Shown: piece by piece, positions 13,516 through 27,055 of the stretch
Layout of the letters: the number at the start of each line of letters is the position of its first letter
Numbering within the stretch: position 1 is the first letter of the stretch
Source: the human T2T-CHM13v2.0 reference genome, Homo sapiens
DNA length: 64,000 nt
NCBI RefSeq assembly: GCF_009914755.1
Contig: NC_060933.1
Strand: one strand, 5' to 3'
Notes under the pieces: generated by a model
Told to the model about the DNA's origin: nothing
The model's input: only the letters and a program-made list of their open reading frames with translations
Database searches by the model: none
Translations under genes and position numbers: made by a program

Positions 13516-14044
13516 CAGGGGTCCCCAGACCCCAGGCCAGGGACCCGTACCAGTCCATAGCCTCTTAGGAACTGGGTTTCACAGCAGGAGTTGAGCGTCA
13601 GGTAAGCCAACAAAGCTCCATCTGTATTTACAGCCACTACCCATCACTCACATTACCACCTGAGTTCCACCTCCTATCAGATCAGCAGAGGCATCAGCTT
13701 GTCAAAGGAGCATGAACCCTATTGTGAATTGCACATGAAAAGAATCTAGGTTGCAGTCTCTTTATGAGACTCTAATGCTGATGATCTGTCACTATCTCCC
13801 ATTACCCCCAGATGGGACTGTCCAGTTGCAGGAAAACAAGCTCAGGGATCCCACTGATTCTACATTATGGTGAGTTGTATAGTTATTTTATTATATATTA
13901 TAATGTAATAATAGTAACAAAGTGTACAATAAATGTAATGTTCTTGAATCATCCCCAAACCATCCCCCCACCACCAACCTGGTCCTTGGAAAAATTGTCT
14001 TCCATGAAACAGGTCCGTGGTGCCAAAAAAGTTGAGAACTGTTG
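13516..14044 (+). mobile_element. MER1A hAT-Charlie DNA transposon, full length
   Basis: Starts CAGGGGTCCCC, ends GTTGAGAACTGTTG (decayed TIR); 529 bp; 8-bp hAT-type TSD CTCTACTA / CTCTATAA. Confidence 0.88.
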
Positions 14045-14409
14045 CTCTATAAAATGGTGGTAATGAGTGCCTCTCTCAGAATGGAGCAAATATTTAATAA
14101 TATAATGCATCTCAAACATTAACTGAAGTGATTGGCATAAAGTAAATACTAAAATAATAAAAAATGATAGCTCTTGTTTTCTTGTTTTTGTTACTGTATT
14201 GTTTTTATAGTTCCCCTTCAAGCATAAACTATGTCAAAAATTTCCAACTGTACCATTAATTAAAGTCCTTGTTTTTGTTACAGTGAATAAAGGTTAACAC
14301 GTAATCTGTTAGGGTAAACAGATTATCTGATTAACAATTCATATTAAAACAGCACCATTATACATATGCAACAGTCTTGCAAATGCTCAATTTGTCTACC
14401 TTCTTCAGT

Positions 14410-15568
14410 CATGGTCTTATTATTGCCCTGGGTTCTTATCATCTCCCAGGAGAGAAACCAAGAGAGATCATCAGACACAGCAGCACAGAGACCAGAGGAA
14501 GATTTGTCTCAGCTTTTGCATGAGGAAGTCAGCACCACGAAAGAAAAAAGATAGGTTATTCCCCAAGGGTAGTATGTAGGTTAGTTGTATATGGCCTCCC
14601 TATAGGGAAGGGTTTCATCAAGGCATATATAGGAGGGGTTTTCCTAGCTCTTGAGTAGTCACTTCACATGCTTTCTCATACACTGCATATAACATTAGCA
14701 TTTTAAGTCTCCACCCCTGGGCATAACTTTTAGCATGGTAAACCAAAAATAAAATTTTAAGGCTCCCCAACCATCTGAATGGACCCTTCTTCTCAGCCCA
14801 GGGCATTCCAAAGTTAACTGGACAAAATTAGTTCAGGCCATGATGGTAGCGGGGTGGTCAACTATGTCTCATTATACTCTCCTCCTTTTTGGAATTCAGG
14901 AAAAGCTGACCAGCCTTAACATTAACACTGACCTTAAGTCTGATAAGAAACATTTACATATTCTCTCTGCAGCCTGCTACTTGGAGGCTTCAGCTGCATG
15001 ATAATCCCTTGGCTTCCACAACCCCTTATTAGAACCTAGACATCCCTTTATATTGATAATAACTCTTCCAATGAACTGCTAATCAGAAAACTTTTAAATC
15101 TACCTATGACTGCTGCTTTGAGTTGTCTTCCCCTTCCAGATTGAACCAATGTAAATCTTACATGTATTGATTGTTGTATTATGTCTCCTTAAAATGTGTA
15201 AAAGCAAGCTATACCCTGACCACCTTGGGCACATATCATCAGGACCGCCTGAGGTTGTATCATGGGCACGTCCTGAATCTTGTCAAAATAAACTTTGTAA
15301 ATTAATTGAAGCTTGACTCAGATCCTTTTGGGTTCACACCACTAAAATGAGGGAGGGATAATTATGAGTTGAAGATAAGTCTAAGTGTGCATGAGGTGTA
15401 CTGGGTAACTTCCTAGCCCTCTAAAGCAGAAATTTGTGATTAAGAGCTTCTTGGGTCTTTTGTTGGTGATTGGCTGGAAGTTAGGTTAGCTACAGCTTGA
15501 GTAAGGAGCTTTTGTTCTTTTTCTCTAAATTACATCAAAACAGTAAACCAACCAGCCTGCCTGTCTCA
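14410..15568 (-). mobile_element. ERVL-class solo LTR (MER54/MER73/MER74/LTR47 group), split by a MER4 LTR
   Basis: Minus strand begins TGAGACAGGCAGG; contains GGGGTGGAGACTTAAAATGCTAATG motif; sequence resumes either side of 14737-15338; left boundary approximate. Confidence 0.6.
14737..15338 (+). mobile_element. MER4-family ERV1 solo LTR (MER4B/D/E-like)
   Basis: GTAAACCAAAAATAAAATTTTAAGGCTCCCCAACCATCTGAATGGACCC start; AATAAA near end; ends GGGTTCACA; ~600 bp. Confidence 0.82.
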
Positions 15569-18500
15569 ATGGGAATCAATCATTCATTCCTTCAACAAAC
15601 ATTCTAATGTCTCTTCTTTCGCAGAACTTATAGTACAATTTTAACACTAGCAGCCCCTCAATTACTTTTATTTGCCTTTGAATTCAAGGCAAACTGCCAA
15701 CCACCAAGTGCACAGAGTGGAAAGGAAGACATGAGTTAGGAGGTGCACAAGTGATGAAACGACTTGAATATTAGGCAGACTAGCTAGGAATTGTTGATGG
15801 AAAGATCTAGGAGTTCAAATCTGGTGACTTCTATGTTTTAGGTTAAGATTGACTGAAAATAAAGGTAGATGTGATAGGTAGATGTGAGAAAAAGATGCAA
15901 AACAATCTTTTTTGAAGTTAGGAGAGTAAAAATCCTATTAGTAGAATAGGCAGACAGTTTTGCTAGGCCTTTTGAAGTCATGCATATTTGTGGCTCTGAC
16001 CCCAAACATTAATTTTTGGAGTTGTGGGATTTTCAGCATCAATACTCAGCTATATGGATAAAGAAACTGAGAAAATAGATAGCAAGCTTGTGAAATGATG
16101 AAAATAGAAGAAGAGGAGCAAGAGAGCTAAGAGGTTTTGGAAGACAGTTCTTATAATGATGGGCTACTGACTATAGGCTGGAGAAAGGAAAATAGTGCAA
16201 GAGGAAATTTACTTTTCACAGAATGGGGATTAATGGGATTGATGACTAACCTAATTGTTGCTAGGATACATTGTGGTGTATACTGCTAGAATTGATAAAT
16301 TTAGAAATAATACATTTTATGGTCATCCAGAAAAAAAAAAAATAGTATACACGTCAATTCATGTTAAGTTGCCATTTAAATTAGGCCATGTGTGAGTGCT
16401 TGAATGAAATCAGTGATTTAACGTATAGATTTGAGTGTTTAGTGGTGCTGCATCAGAAATTAACCATTATTTCATAATTTTTTCTGGTGGGGAAATTTCC
16501 ATTAAAAAAAGAATACTAACAAAATCTCTAAACCTGGTACTGTGCTACTTAATGTATTATATTTATTCACCATAAATTTGAAACTATCACAAAATGTATC
16601 TTTATAACTATACAAAGGTTCAATATATTGAAATGAATGAAACGTCTGGCTAGCTTTCATGGAAATAATCTCTCTATTTGAAGGAGTCACATGATAAAAA
16701 TCAAGTTGAATACATCCTGATAACTCAGTGTGATTCCTATACATGCTGGATTTTAAAATTATATAAAGAATTTCACATTATGTATTTGTCAAATACAAGA
16801 GAAAGCAAATATGTATGAAACCAAAGCTTATCAGAAAACTCCTACTCTCAAGGCAAAACATCTAAAACTATGGAGAGAAAATATTAAAATAGTGAAAGAA
16901 TAGAAAGTCACGTAGGGGATGCTGAAGAAATAATATAGGTAGTCTTTACAATAAAACTAAGTGAAAGAGTTTATATAATTTTCACAAAATTACATATAAG
17001 AAAAATAACTAATTGATGTTCTGTTTTACTAACATAAGAAAAATCTTGCTCTGTCATGGCAAAATACAGCCTGCAATATAACACCACTTCAGTTCTAAAA
17101 CATAAATTTGTGTTGTCTTCAAAAGTGAAATGTTTTGGCAAAGAGTTGAACGAAGAGAGAAAAGAAAGTCTCTGGAGACAAGAGAATAGATAAAATAAAC
17201 TTGATAACTCAGTGAAAGCTTTTGCTTTAGTGTTAATTTGTACTACCATGAGGTTATTGACAAGGGCCCAAACTTTACTTTTTATATTTATAGGAGTTAC
17301 GTTATGTTGGACGTTTACTTGAGAAAGGCCAAATGGCACTCTCATCCATTCTCTCAGATTGCTAGTGTAAGAAAAAGCACTTTGGCTAGATAAGGCTGGC
17401 TAAACAGTAAATTCCTGGAGTTCTTCCTGGAATTCTTCCATCACATGACCTGTCTTCTTATTCAGTGCTGCCAAATGACAAAAGCTTCACCCAGGGTGAG
17501 AAAATATTTAATTTGAATAAAAGCTCCCAAAAGTCTATAATCAACTCCACCCCAGTGAAATATTACCTGATTTTTCTTTTGTATTAAGGAAAATACATTG
17601 CAAGATCATCAGGAAAGATTTTTTTTAGTCCTAGAGAGGCAGGCAACAAATGAAACAATAACAGTAACAAACCAATATCTCAAGGAAATGTTCCCATAGA
17701 TGCATTCACACCTATCAAAGTAACACATCCCTTCCCTCAGCCAAGCAATCAGGCTGCACATGTGGGTGGCGGATGAAAACTTCAGGAGGGAATTTTGTCA
17801 TTAAGAAAAAGCATAAAATATCTGAGAATATGGGCTCCTGTAAAGATATCATCTGGCTACTTACTGTGGAGATTAAGATCACCCATCCCAATCCCAGTGT
17901 AAAGCAGTAAACACATCTTCTGGAACAACTGGACAGATAAAGAAACGGCTATTTCTTGGATGCTGTATGCAAGCCCCTTCAGTCATAGATTCATTTAAGT
18001 GGATTGTTTCCTAGGCAGTAGTACATATGTATGCCTCTGAAATGTTTCTGGTAGGAAAATGAGTCAGGGTTTGTGTAGAACTGGTGTTCCTTGTCTACCC
18101 AGCAGTGGACGTACTCAGTGCTGTGTCTAAAAACTCTTTCAAATCCACTGTTATTTGACTTTACATTTTTCAATTTTTATCACTAGGTAAAATTCAGCAT
18201 ACATTACATAATGTGCATTTGCCTAGATCATTCTTTCCTTAGGTATACATATTTATAAAGGTGGATATTTCCAGGTGGTAATATAATTTGTTTTTTAAGT
18301 GCAGGGACATCAATCTGGCTTTGGTAAGAAAATAGCTTTGGTGAGCATATTTACATATCTCCCAAGCTTTCCCCTTGATTCAGCTTTTCTCTATTTATGT
18401 GACTTTTTACAGGAACAGTATTTGCTTTGCATGACTTGATTTTTTATTTGAGCTATGAATTTATAACTGTGTAATTTAATTCTTTGGACTCTTAAGAAAG

Positions 18501-19951
18501 AAATTTCAAAATAAAGCCTAACCCTTACTCTGACAGACCTCTTAGCTCAATTATTTATTCATCTCTGAATTGATGCTACAATTAAGAAGGTGCTTACAGC
18601 TTGCATAAATGACATGCTCTCGTTTTATTTCAGAAAAATATAAAATTAAAGCTACTGTTTGAAAAAAGAATTGAAAATATTACACATTAACCTTGGATCC
18701 CCTGGAATCAACCCATTAAACATCCCTCCTTGCACCTAGTTAGCCCTCATTATAACTAATTTCATAGAGAGGAGGATGGTTCCATCTGAACTGAAAACAA
18801 CTTTATTGAAAGAAAAGTCTACGGGAGGAGCCCACCAAAAAAGAGAATTTACTATTCTGGGTGCTTTTAGTAGAAGACAGGGGAAAAGACAGTTTCAAGC
18901 TGGGTCTTATGTTGCAGACTGAAAAGAGGAAATACAATGGTAAGGAAGAAACTTCTTCCTTCAGAAGTGAGAATGGAAGATGTTTTCATGGTGGAAAAAC
19001 TATGTCAAAATTTGAGTACTTTCTCTGCATGTCTCTCTTCAGTTTTTCCATTCTGACTTTGGTTCCAAATTTATTTTTTTCCTATAATTAGTCTTGGTAT
19101 TTCCAATAAATTATTTATTATTGAGTTTCTGAAAAGGCAGTTTATCATCAGTTCATTATCAACCCATCTTTTCCTAGCAGCTGGCAGTAGAACGGAATAG
19201 GGTTAATTTTGTGTCTACTGGTTAGGACTGAAAAAAAAAAAAAAGAACTAATAAGCACCGGATTGATTGATTGATTGGTTACATGTATTTCTTACATCTG
19301 GACTATAGGAAGGGTGCTAGTGTAGGTAGTGGCAATTCAGTATATTAAAATAAGACAGGAAAAAATCGTTTAGATATGCTCCTTACTCCTTCTGTTATGT
19401 TCCCAAAATAATTACAACTTCAATATAAGAGGCACTATATACAATTAAATACTGTTAATATAGAAAGAATTAGTAACATATTATGGATTCCTGTGCTCGT
19501 TTTCTTTACAGAATTGAGAGGTTCTTGAAGGCAGAGTTAATATCTTACTTACTTTGAACTCCCATCCTTAAGCTTACTGGTTGGTACATAGTAAATCTTT
19601 AATTAATATATATTAAGAGAATGAGTGAGCAAGCAAATGAAGAGTGTGTGGCACAGAGATTTCAACTGAGGATATGATATCATGTATTCAAAAATATTTA
19701 AGCATTCCTATTTAATTAAAATTATTTTATTTGTATTTTTTCATATTAATACCCAAAGAAGATCACTAACCAAACTGAGATGAACATTTGTACTCCCATA
19801 GCCTTCCCTAGTTAATGCCCTCCTCACATAGCAAACCCTTTTCATATTAGTGTCAATCTGAATTAATTTGTATACTTCTCAAACTACACCACAGTTTATT
19901 CTGCCATTGAAAAACATTTAGATTTGTTTTTATCCAATAGAATAAAAATGT

Positions 19952-20197
19952 TAAGTGGGAATTGAACAATGAGAACACATGGACACAGGGAGGGGAACAT
20001 CACACACCAGGGCCTGTTGTGGGGTGGGGGGCAAAGGGAGGGAGAGGATTAGGACAAACACCTAGTGCATGTGGGGCTTAAAACCTAGATGATGGGTTGA
20101 TAGGCGCAGCAAACCACCGTGGCACATGTATTCCTGTGTAACAAACATGCACGTTCTATACATGTATCTCAGAACTTAAAGTAAAATTTTAAAAAAA
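19952..20197 (+). mobile_element. 5'-truncated L1PA7/L1PA8-like 3' end
   Basis: GTGGGAATTGAACAATGAGAACACATGGACACAGGGAGGGGAAC...GGGGCTTAAAACCTAGATGA...CAGAACTTAAAGTAAAAT + A tail. Confidence 0.9.
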
Positions 20198-21136
20198 TTG
20201 TATAAGATGTTTTATGCACATAGGCATTATTCTTCTTTGATACAAACTTAGGAGAAGAAATGCAGGGGTATAGGTAGGTATATGTTAAAACATGAAAGAA
20301 ATTGACATCACATTTTTAAAGTGGTTTTATCAATTACATTCAAACCAGAAATGTGTAAAAGCTACTGTTGCCAAACATTTTCTCCAACACTGTGTATTTT
20401 CAGTCTTTTAAAAAGTAACCATCTGGTAGGTGTGTAATAGTATTGCATTGTGGTTTTAATTTGCATTCTCCTGATAACTAATAATACTGTGTACATTTTC
20501 ATATGTTATTTGGTCTCTAGAATATATCATTTTATAAAATATCTATTTGAGTAATTTGATCTGTTTTTCAATATTTTATTGAAATGTATTCAAAGACAAA
20601 AATTGAAAATATATTGCAGTGTACACTCATGCCCATAACCGAAACTCTAATTTTACTTGCTCTATCACATATATAGTCATCTAGTCATCACTGTCCATTA
20701 ATTTCACTTGTACTGGAGACAATATTAAATAAATAGAAAACATCAGTACAGTATCCAAAATAAATATTATTAACATGTTTTTTTTTCTTTTTAACTATCC
20801 AGCTTAAGATACACTCTGCTTTGTGGGCTTGTGTATAGATGTTCTTTCGTCAGTTTTGAAAAAAACAAATTCTGACATTTTCTATCTATATGTATATTTT
20901 TCTCCCTCTTTGTCCACCTATTATTCTGAAAATCCAAATACACAAAGTTTATTCTGTTAGCTATTATTCCACATAACACTATTTTATTTTATTTTCTGTA
21001 TTTAGTCTATGATCATTTTGAATAATTTCTATTAGATTATTTTCAAGTTACCAATCCTTTCTTCCACTACATCCAGCTTGCTCTATTTCAGACTTCCTTG
21101 TGTTCAATACTTTTTAAGGCTTTGTAGGGGAAAAAA

Positions 21137-21137
<1 letters not shown>

Positions 21138-21175
<38 letters not shown>

Positions 21176-21241
21176 ATTTATCTATCTGTCTAGCTATGTA
21201 TCTATCTTCTATCTATCAATCATCTATCTACTTATCTATCC
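21138..21241 (+). repeat. (TCTA)n / GATA-type tetranucleotide STR
   Basis: About nine perfect TCTA units followed by degenerate units. Confidence 0.95.
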
Positions 21242-21709
21242 ATTAGTTAGTGCACATAAAACATGCAGAATATCTATTAGAAATATATTTTCTCTTGGCA
21301 CTTTCCAGTCAAAATTTCAACACAGGCTACAATTGTTTTGATTCTTTCTACAAAAGGTTAGTTTTGCCTACTATAATCAATTCTGTAAGTGAAGCTATAA
21401 ATTACACTCATTTATGTGAGGCTACATTCACAAAACATGTTTGTGACACTCATCTTTTTGTTTTTATTGATCATTTTATTTTGTAATACTTTATTTTATG
21501 AATATACCACAGGTTTGGGAGCATTTGTTTGTTTTGTTTTTAATATATTTCCCTATTGATGGATATGTAGTTGTTTCTGATTTGAGGCTGTCATGAATAA
21601 ACCTCCTATGAACAAATCAGATATATATGTCTTTCTGTAGATAATATTTTCACTTCTCTTAAGTACATAAGATTGTATTTTCTGGATTATTAAATAGGTA
21701 TGTATTTGG

Positions 21710-23894
21710 TGATATGGTTTGGCTGTGTTCCCACCCAAATCTCAATTTGAATTGTATTTCCCAGAATTCCCACGTGTTGTGGGAATAAGTCTCAAGAGAT
21801 CTGATGGGTTTATCAAGGGGTTCCGCTTTTGTTTCCTCTTCATTTTTCTCTTGCCGCCACCATGTAAGAAGTGCCTTTCACCTCCTGCCATGATTCTGAG
21901 GCCTCCCCAGTCATGTGGAACTGTAAGTCCAATTAAACCTCTTTTTCTTCCCAGTCTTGGGTATGTCTTTATCAACAGCCTGAAAATGGACGAATACAGT
22001 AAATTGATACCAGTACAGCAGCATGTTGCTGAAAAGATACCTGAAAATGTGGAATTGACTTTGGAACTCGGTAACAGGCAGAGGTTGGAACAATTTGGAA
22101 GGCTCAGAAGAACACAAGAAAATGTGGGAAAATTTGGAACTTCCTAGAGACTTGTTGAATGGCTTTGTCCAAAATGAAGATAGTGATATGAACAATGAGG
22201 TCCAGGCTGAGGTGGTCTCAAATGGAAATGAGGAAGTTTTTGGGAACTGGGGTAAAGGTGACTGTTGTTATGTTTTAGCAAAGAGACTAATGGCATTTTG
22301 TTTTGCCCCTGCCCTAAAGATTTGTGGAACTTTGAACTTGAGAGAGATGATTTAGGGTATCTGGCAGAAAAAAAATTCTAAGCAGCAAAGCATTCAAAAA
22401 GTGACTGGGGTGTTATTAAAAGCATTCCATTTTAAAAGGGAAACAGCATAAAAGTTCAGAAAATTTGGAGGCTGACAATGCAGTAGAAAAGAAAAACCCA
22501 TTTTTTGAGGAGAAATTCAAGCCTGCTGCAGAAATTTGCATAACTAGCAAAAGGCCTAATGTTAATCACCAAGATCATGGGAAAAATGTCTCCAGGCCAT
22601 GTTGGAGAACTTCCTGGCAGACCCTCCCATCACAGGCCCAGAGGCCCAGGAAGAAAAAGTGGTTTCATGGGCTGGGTCCAGGGTCCCTGTGCTGTGTGCA
22701 GCCTAGGGACTTGGTGCCCTATGTCTCTGCTGCTCCAGCTATGGCTGAAAGGGGCCAATGTACAGCTTGGTCTGTGGCTTCAGAGGATGGAAGCCCTAAG
22801 CCTGGACAGCTTCCACGTGGTGTTGAGCCTTACAGGTGCACAGAAGTCAAGAACTGAGGTTTGGGAACCTCCACCTAGATTTCAGCAGATGTATAGAAAT
22901 GACTGGTTACCCAGTCAAAAGTTTGCTGCAGGGATGGGGCTGTCATGGAGAACCTCTGCTAGGGCAGTACAGAAGGGAAATGTGGGGTCAGAACCCCCAC
23001 ACAGAGTTCCTACTAGGGCACTGCTCAGAGGAGCTGTGAGAAGAGGGTCATCGTCTTCCAGACCCCACAATGGTAGATCCACTGACAGCTTGCACTGTAT
23101 GCCTGGAAAAGCCGCAGACACTCAATGCTAGCCCATGAAAGCAGCCAGGAGGGAGGCTGTACCCTGCAGAGCCACAGGATTGGACCTGCCCAAGACCATG
23201 GGAACCCACCTCTTGCATCAGCGTGACCTGGATGTGAGACCTGGAGTAAAAGAAGATCATTTTGGAGCTTTAAAATTTGACTGCCCTGCTGGAAATTTCT
23301 CCCATTTGGAATGGCTATATTTACCCAATACCCATACCCCCATTGTATCTTGGAAGTAACTAGCTTGTTTTTGATTTTACAGGCTCATAGGTGGGAGGGA
23401 GTTGCCTTGCCTCAGATGAAAGTTTGGACTGTGGGCTTTTGGGTTAATGCTGAAATAAGTTAACACTTTGGGGGACTGTTGGGAGGGCATGATTGGTATT
23501 GAAATGTGAGGACATGAGATCTGGAGGAGCCAGGGCACAATTATATGATTTGGCTGTGTCCACACCCAAATCTCGACTTGAATTGTATCTCCTTAAATTC
23601 CAATGTGTTGTGTGAAGGACCCTGTGGAAGTAATTGAATCTTGGGAGCCAGTCTTTCCTGTGCTATGCTCATGATAATGAATTAGCCTAATGAGATCTGA
23701 TGGGTTTATCAGGGGTTTCCACTTTTGTGTCTTCCTCAGTTTTCTCTTGCCACCACCATGTGAGAAGTGCCTTTCGCCTCCTGCCATGATTCTTAGGCCT
23801 CCCCACCCATGTGGAACTGCAAGTCCAGTTAAATCTCTTTTTCTTCCCAGTCTTGGGTACGTCTTTATCAGCAGCCTGAAAACAGACTAATACA
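21710..23894 (+). mobile_element. THE1A MaLR element with both LTRs and internal region
   Basis: 5' LTR 21710-21998 (TGATATGGTTTGGCTGTG...AATACA, internal deletion), THE1-int 21999-23540, 3' LTR 23541-23894; THE1A-type GATGGGTTTATCAGGGG; TSD TTTGG / TTTGT. Confidence 0.93.
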
Positions 23895-24399
23895 TTTGTT
23901 AGTTGTTTGAAATTGGGAGATATTTTCCCAAGTGGTTGTGCCATCTTAAACAACAATGAAAATGTTTGAATCAGTTTTTCCACTTTCTAATCAATATTGG
24001 AAGCTGTCAATGTTTCTAATGCTGTCAATTCTTATGGGAGTATAACTACTGATTAGATATCTGCCTTCTTCCTTGACGTAGAAAATTGAGGCCCTAGAGA
24101 ACAGTTTTCATTTCCATATTTAACACCTTCAATTTTTTGTTTCATAGAAGGATGATTTACTTAGGAAAACTCCCTTTCAATTTTCTAGGTTGTCTCTGAA
24201 TTTTATTGGGGTTTACCTCCATGTGCCAAAGACCAGATCTAAAATTTTTCATAAGACAGGCTTCTTTATACTTTTGTTATACAAGGCCAGTGAAGGACAA
24301 CATTCTTGAGATTTTTACAAGTACCATTGTTTGTAATGGTCTAATAATCACAGCTTTAAAACCTTCTAAGACACTGAAATGTTTTTATAATCAGACTCT

Positions 24400-25030
24400 T
24401 AATACAATTCATCTTTAGGCTGATTTTACCTTAAGAATCTCAAGCTTCCAGGGGACACTGAATTTCTGAAAAGAATTATATTTCTACTCAATCTGTCCTA
24501 CACACTTCATATTTATTCTAAATTCATCTTGCAAGCTAAACAATTCCTTCTTTAGTTCATTTCACACTTTTTTAAAAGTCTTATGCAGCTAAAAAATTAA
24601 ATTGACACTTTCCATGTTGTGCTAGAAAGCTTATTAGTCAGAACCACAAGTTCATTTTCTATTTTTCGAGTTAACTCAGTAGACAGTTTTGCAACTTTTG
24701 TACCACTACGACTAGAAGTTGCTGTTTCTCGAGCCTCCCACAGCAATCCCACTGTTATCCCAACTCCACCAAAAGTTTTCTTACTGCCCTTTCAGCCTTT
24801 TGCCTGCTGTCTCCTCCCTGGACAAATGCCACATATTATAGTTTTTTGTTTTTGTTTTTGTTACAGCAACACCCCACCCTTGATAACTATGTCTGTTTCA
24901 GTTAGTTGTTTGCTCATAACATACTACTCTAGAAATTACTGGCATAAAACAATAATTCATTTTTTCTTACACTTCTTTACATTATCACATATAATCACTC
25001 ATATAGCAGTAGTTATCTGACATTTCTAAG
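24400..25030 (-). mobile_element. MLT1 internal 5' end plus LTR fragment
   Basis: AAATGCCACAT...TTTTGTTACAGCAACACCCCAC (antisense MLT1-int start) followed by LTR-end-like GTTAGTTG...CATAAC...TGGCATAAAACAA. Confidence 0.55.
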
Positions 25031-27055
25031 AAAGCTGGTAAATCCAAGAAAGGTACACTTAAATGAAGAAAAGTTTGGGGTGGGGTATATAACAAAAAAA
25101 TTCTCATTTTTCATTATAATTTTGCTATGGTCGACACATTAGCTCTCTTTAAGTGGTAAGCATTGATGGCTATACAGTCTAAGCTAGCATGTCTTTTCCT
25201 CTTATGAACCCAGGAAACAGCTGTGTGAGAAATGTTATTCTTCTTGACATCTTAATACACTTTTCACAGTTTCTATTTATATTTAAACATACTTAATATG
25301 ATGGTTTAACTGCCTTAAAATAGGTAATGTCTCAGTTGTTTCTTACCATGGATCAGAAAGACTGTACTGTAAGTTCTGAGCTCGGAAACAAGCCCTAGTA
25401 AGTGCTAATGAGGTGAAAGATAGTTTAAAAAATTTCCCCTTTTCCCAGCAACATCAGTTTTGGCTACTAACTTAACCTTAACTGTTTTTTACTAGTATTC
25501 ATCCAGTTATTCAGGCAGATGAACTTGAAAACATACTCTACATCTAAACAGACATTAAGTAGTATGGATTCTATACTCCCTGGAATTTATTTTGTACAAT
25601 CACTCAAGCTGGAGTGATTTCCAAAGGAAAGAGCATTACAGTCTGGAAAGACAAGGCTGACAACTATCATTGCTGTGAAGATTCTGTTCTTACTCTGCCC
25701 ACGATAGTTGGCAACAAGGTTCTACAAAAGTAAGTAAATAAATTATAAATAAATAAATAAATAACTCCTTGGGAGGAGGAATACATTGATAAGCCCTTCC
25801 AAACTCTACCCACATGCTTCCCAGTGATTTATAGGCCTGGGATCTGCATATGTGTGTGGAGGAGAGGATGGTAAAGAGTTTAAACAACTTGAAACAATTT
25901 GACATCAATATTCTGTCAAGTCTCCCGAGATTGCAAAATACACAATTATAAGTAAAACTCTCAAAAAAAGTTTTACATTCATGCAGGGACAAGTATATAT
26001 TTGCATAGATTTGCCTCAAGGATTTCTAAGTTTACAACAGAAAGATATTTAAGATGTTATAGAGAGAAGAAGAGATATAAGATATAGATATAGATGTAGA
26101 TATAGGATACATATTTAGAGAGAGGGAAAGAGAGAAAGACAGAGACAGAGAGAGATGGGAACAGACAGAGGCACAGAGAGAAAGAGAATAAAAAGTATTA
26201 TAATCGTGGGGCCCAATCCAAGTAACAGGCCATATTAGTAGTCTAAGGATAGTCTCCTGATTATAACACAATGCCCTAAATCCTCAAAATAAATAGCAGA
26301 GAACTTATAAACTTTAAGAAAATAAATTGAGATTTTAACGCAGTTTGTTCTCTAATCTTCATTGCATTGTAGAAGCATTCTGAAATAAGTTGCTTTAAAT
26401 GACACAAATTTGTTTCACCTGAAGAAGACTTTCACTTTACAGACACAAGAAAACTCACACTCTCACAGATATCTTCCATACATTCAGTAGGCGTTCTATT
26501 TTTGGGGAAAATTGTTTTAACTTTGTCCACAGTTAAAATAAAACTAGTTCACAATAAGTTATCTAAAATATGCAAGAATGATTTTCTATTTGCTTTTAAT
26601 CACATTTTAATGCACTGACAATAGCAGGAATGCCTTATCTTGTTCAAGACTTAACCAATTAATACAATTTACAATTCTACTTTTTAGTGTTGTAATATAT
26701 ATTTTAAGAGACTTTGGCTTCCTTTAGTCACCTTGGAAAATAGTACAATGAATTATTTGGAATTGTATTTTTGTGAGGAACTCTTTACCTCTGAGCCTTT
26801 GGATGATTTAGTAATCATAATGGCAATGTGACTAATTTATAGCTGGTCTTCCTACTAATTAATTTTATTACCCCCCTTTGCTACACAAAAAAAGAAACAA
26901 AGTATACTTGCCAAAACTTAGACCATACTATACATACTAATTTATATTTATAATGATAAGTAAAGAATGAAAGTATTTTACACGGGTAATTCACCAGGTG
27001 GCTAAGATGAGAGAAACTAAGGTAACTGTCTATTACAGTGGGAACTCATCACTAC

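Noticed and set aside
21719-23983. Cluster of ORFs up to 190 aa
   Set aside because: All lie in THE1A LTR/internal sequence; fragmented MaLR remnants, not a host gene
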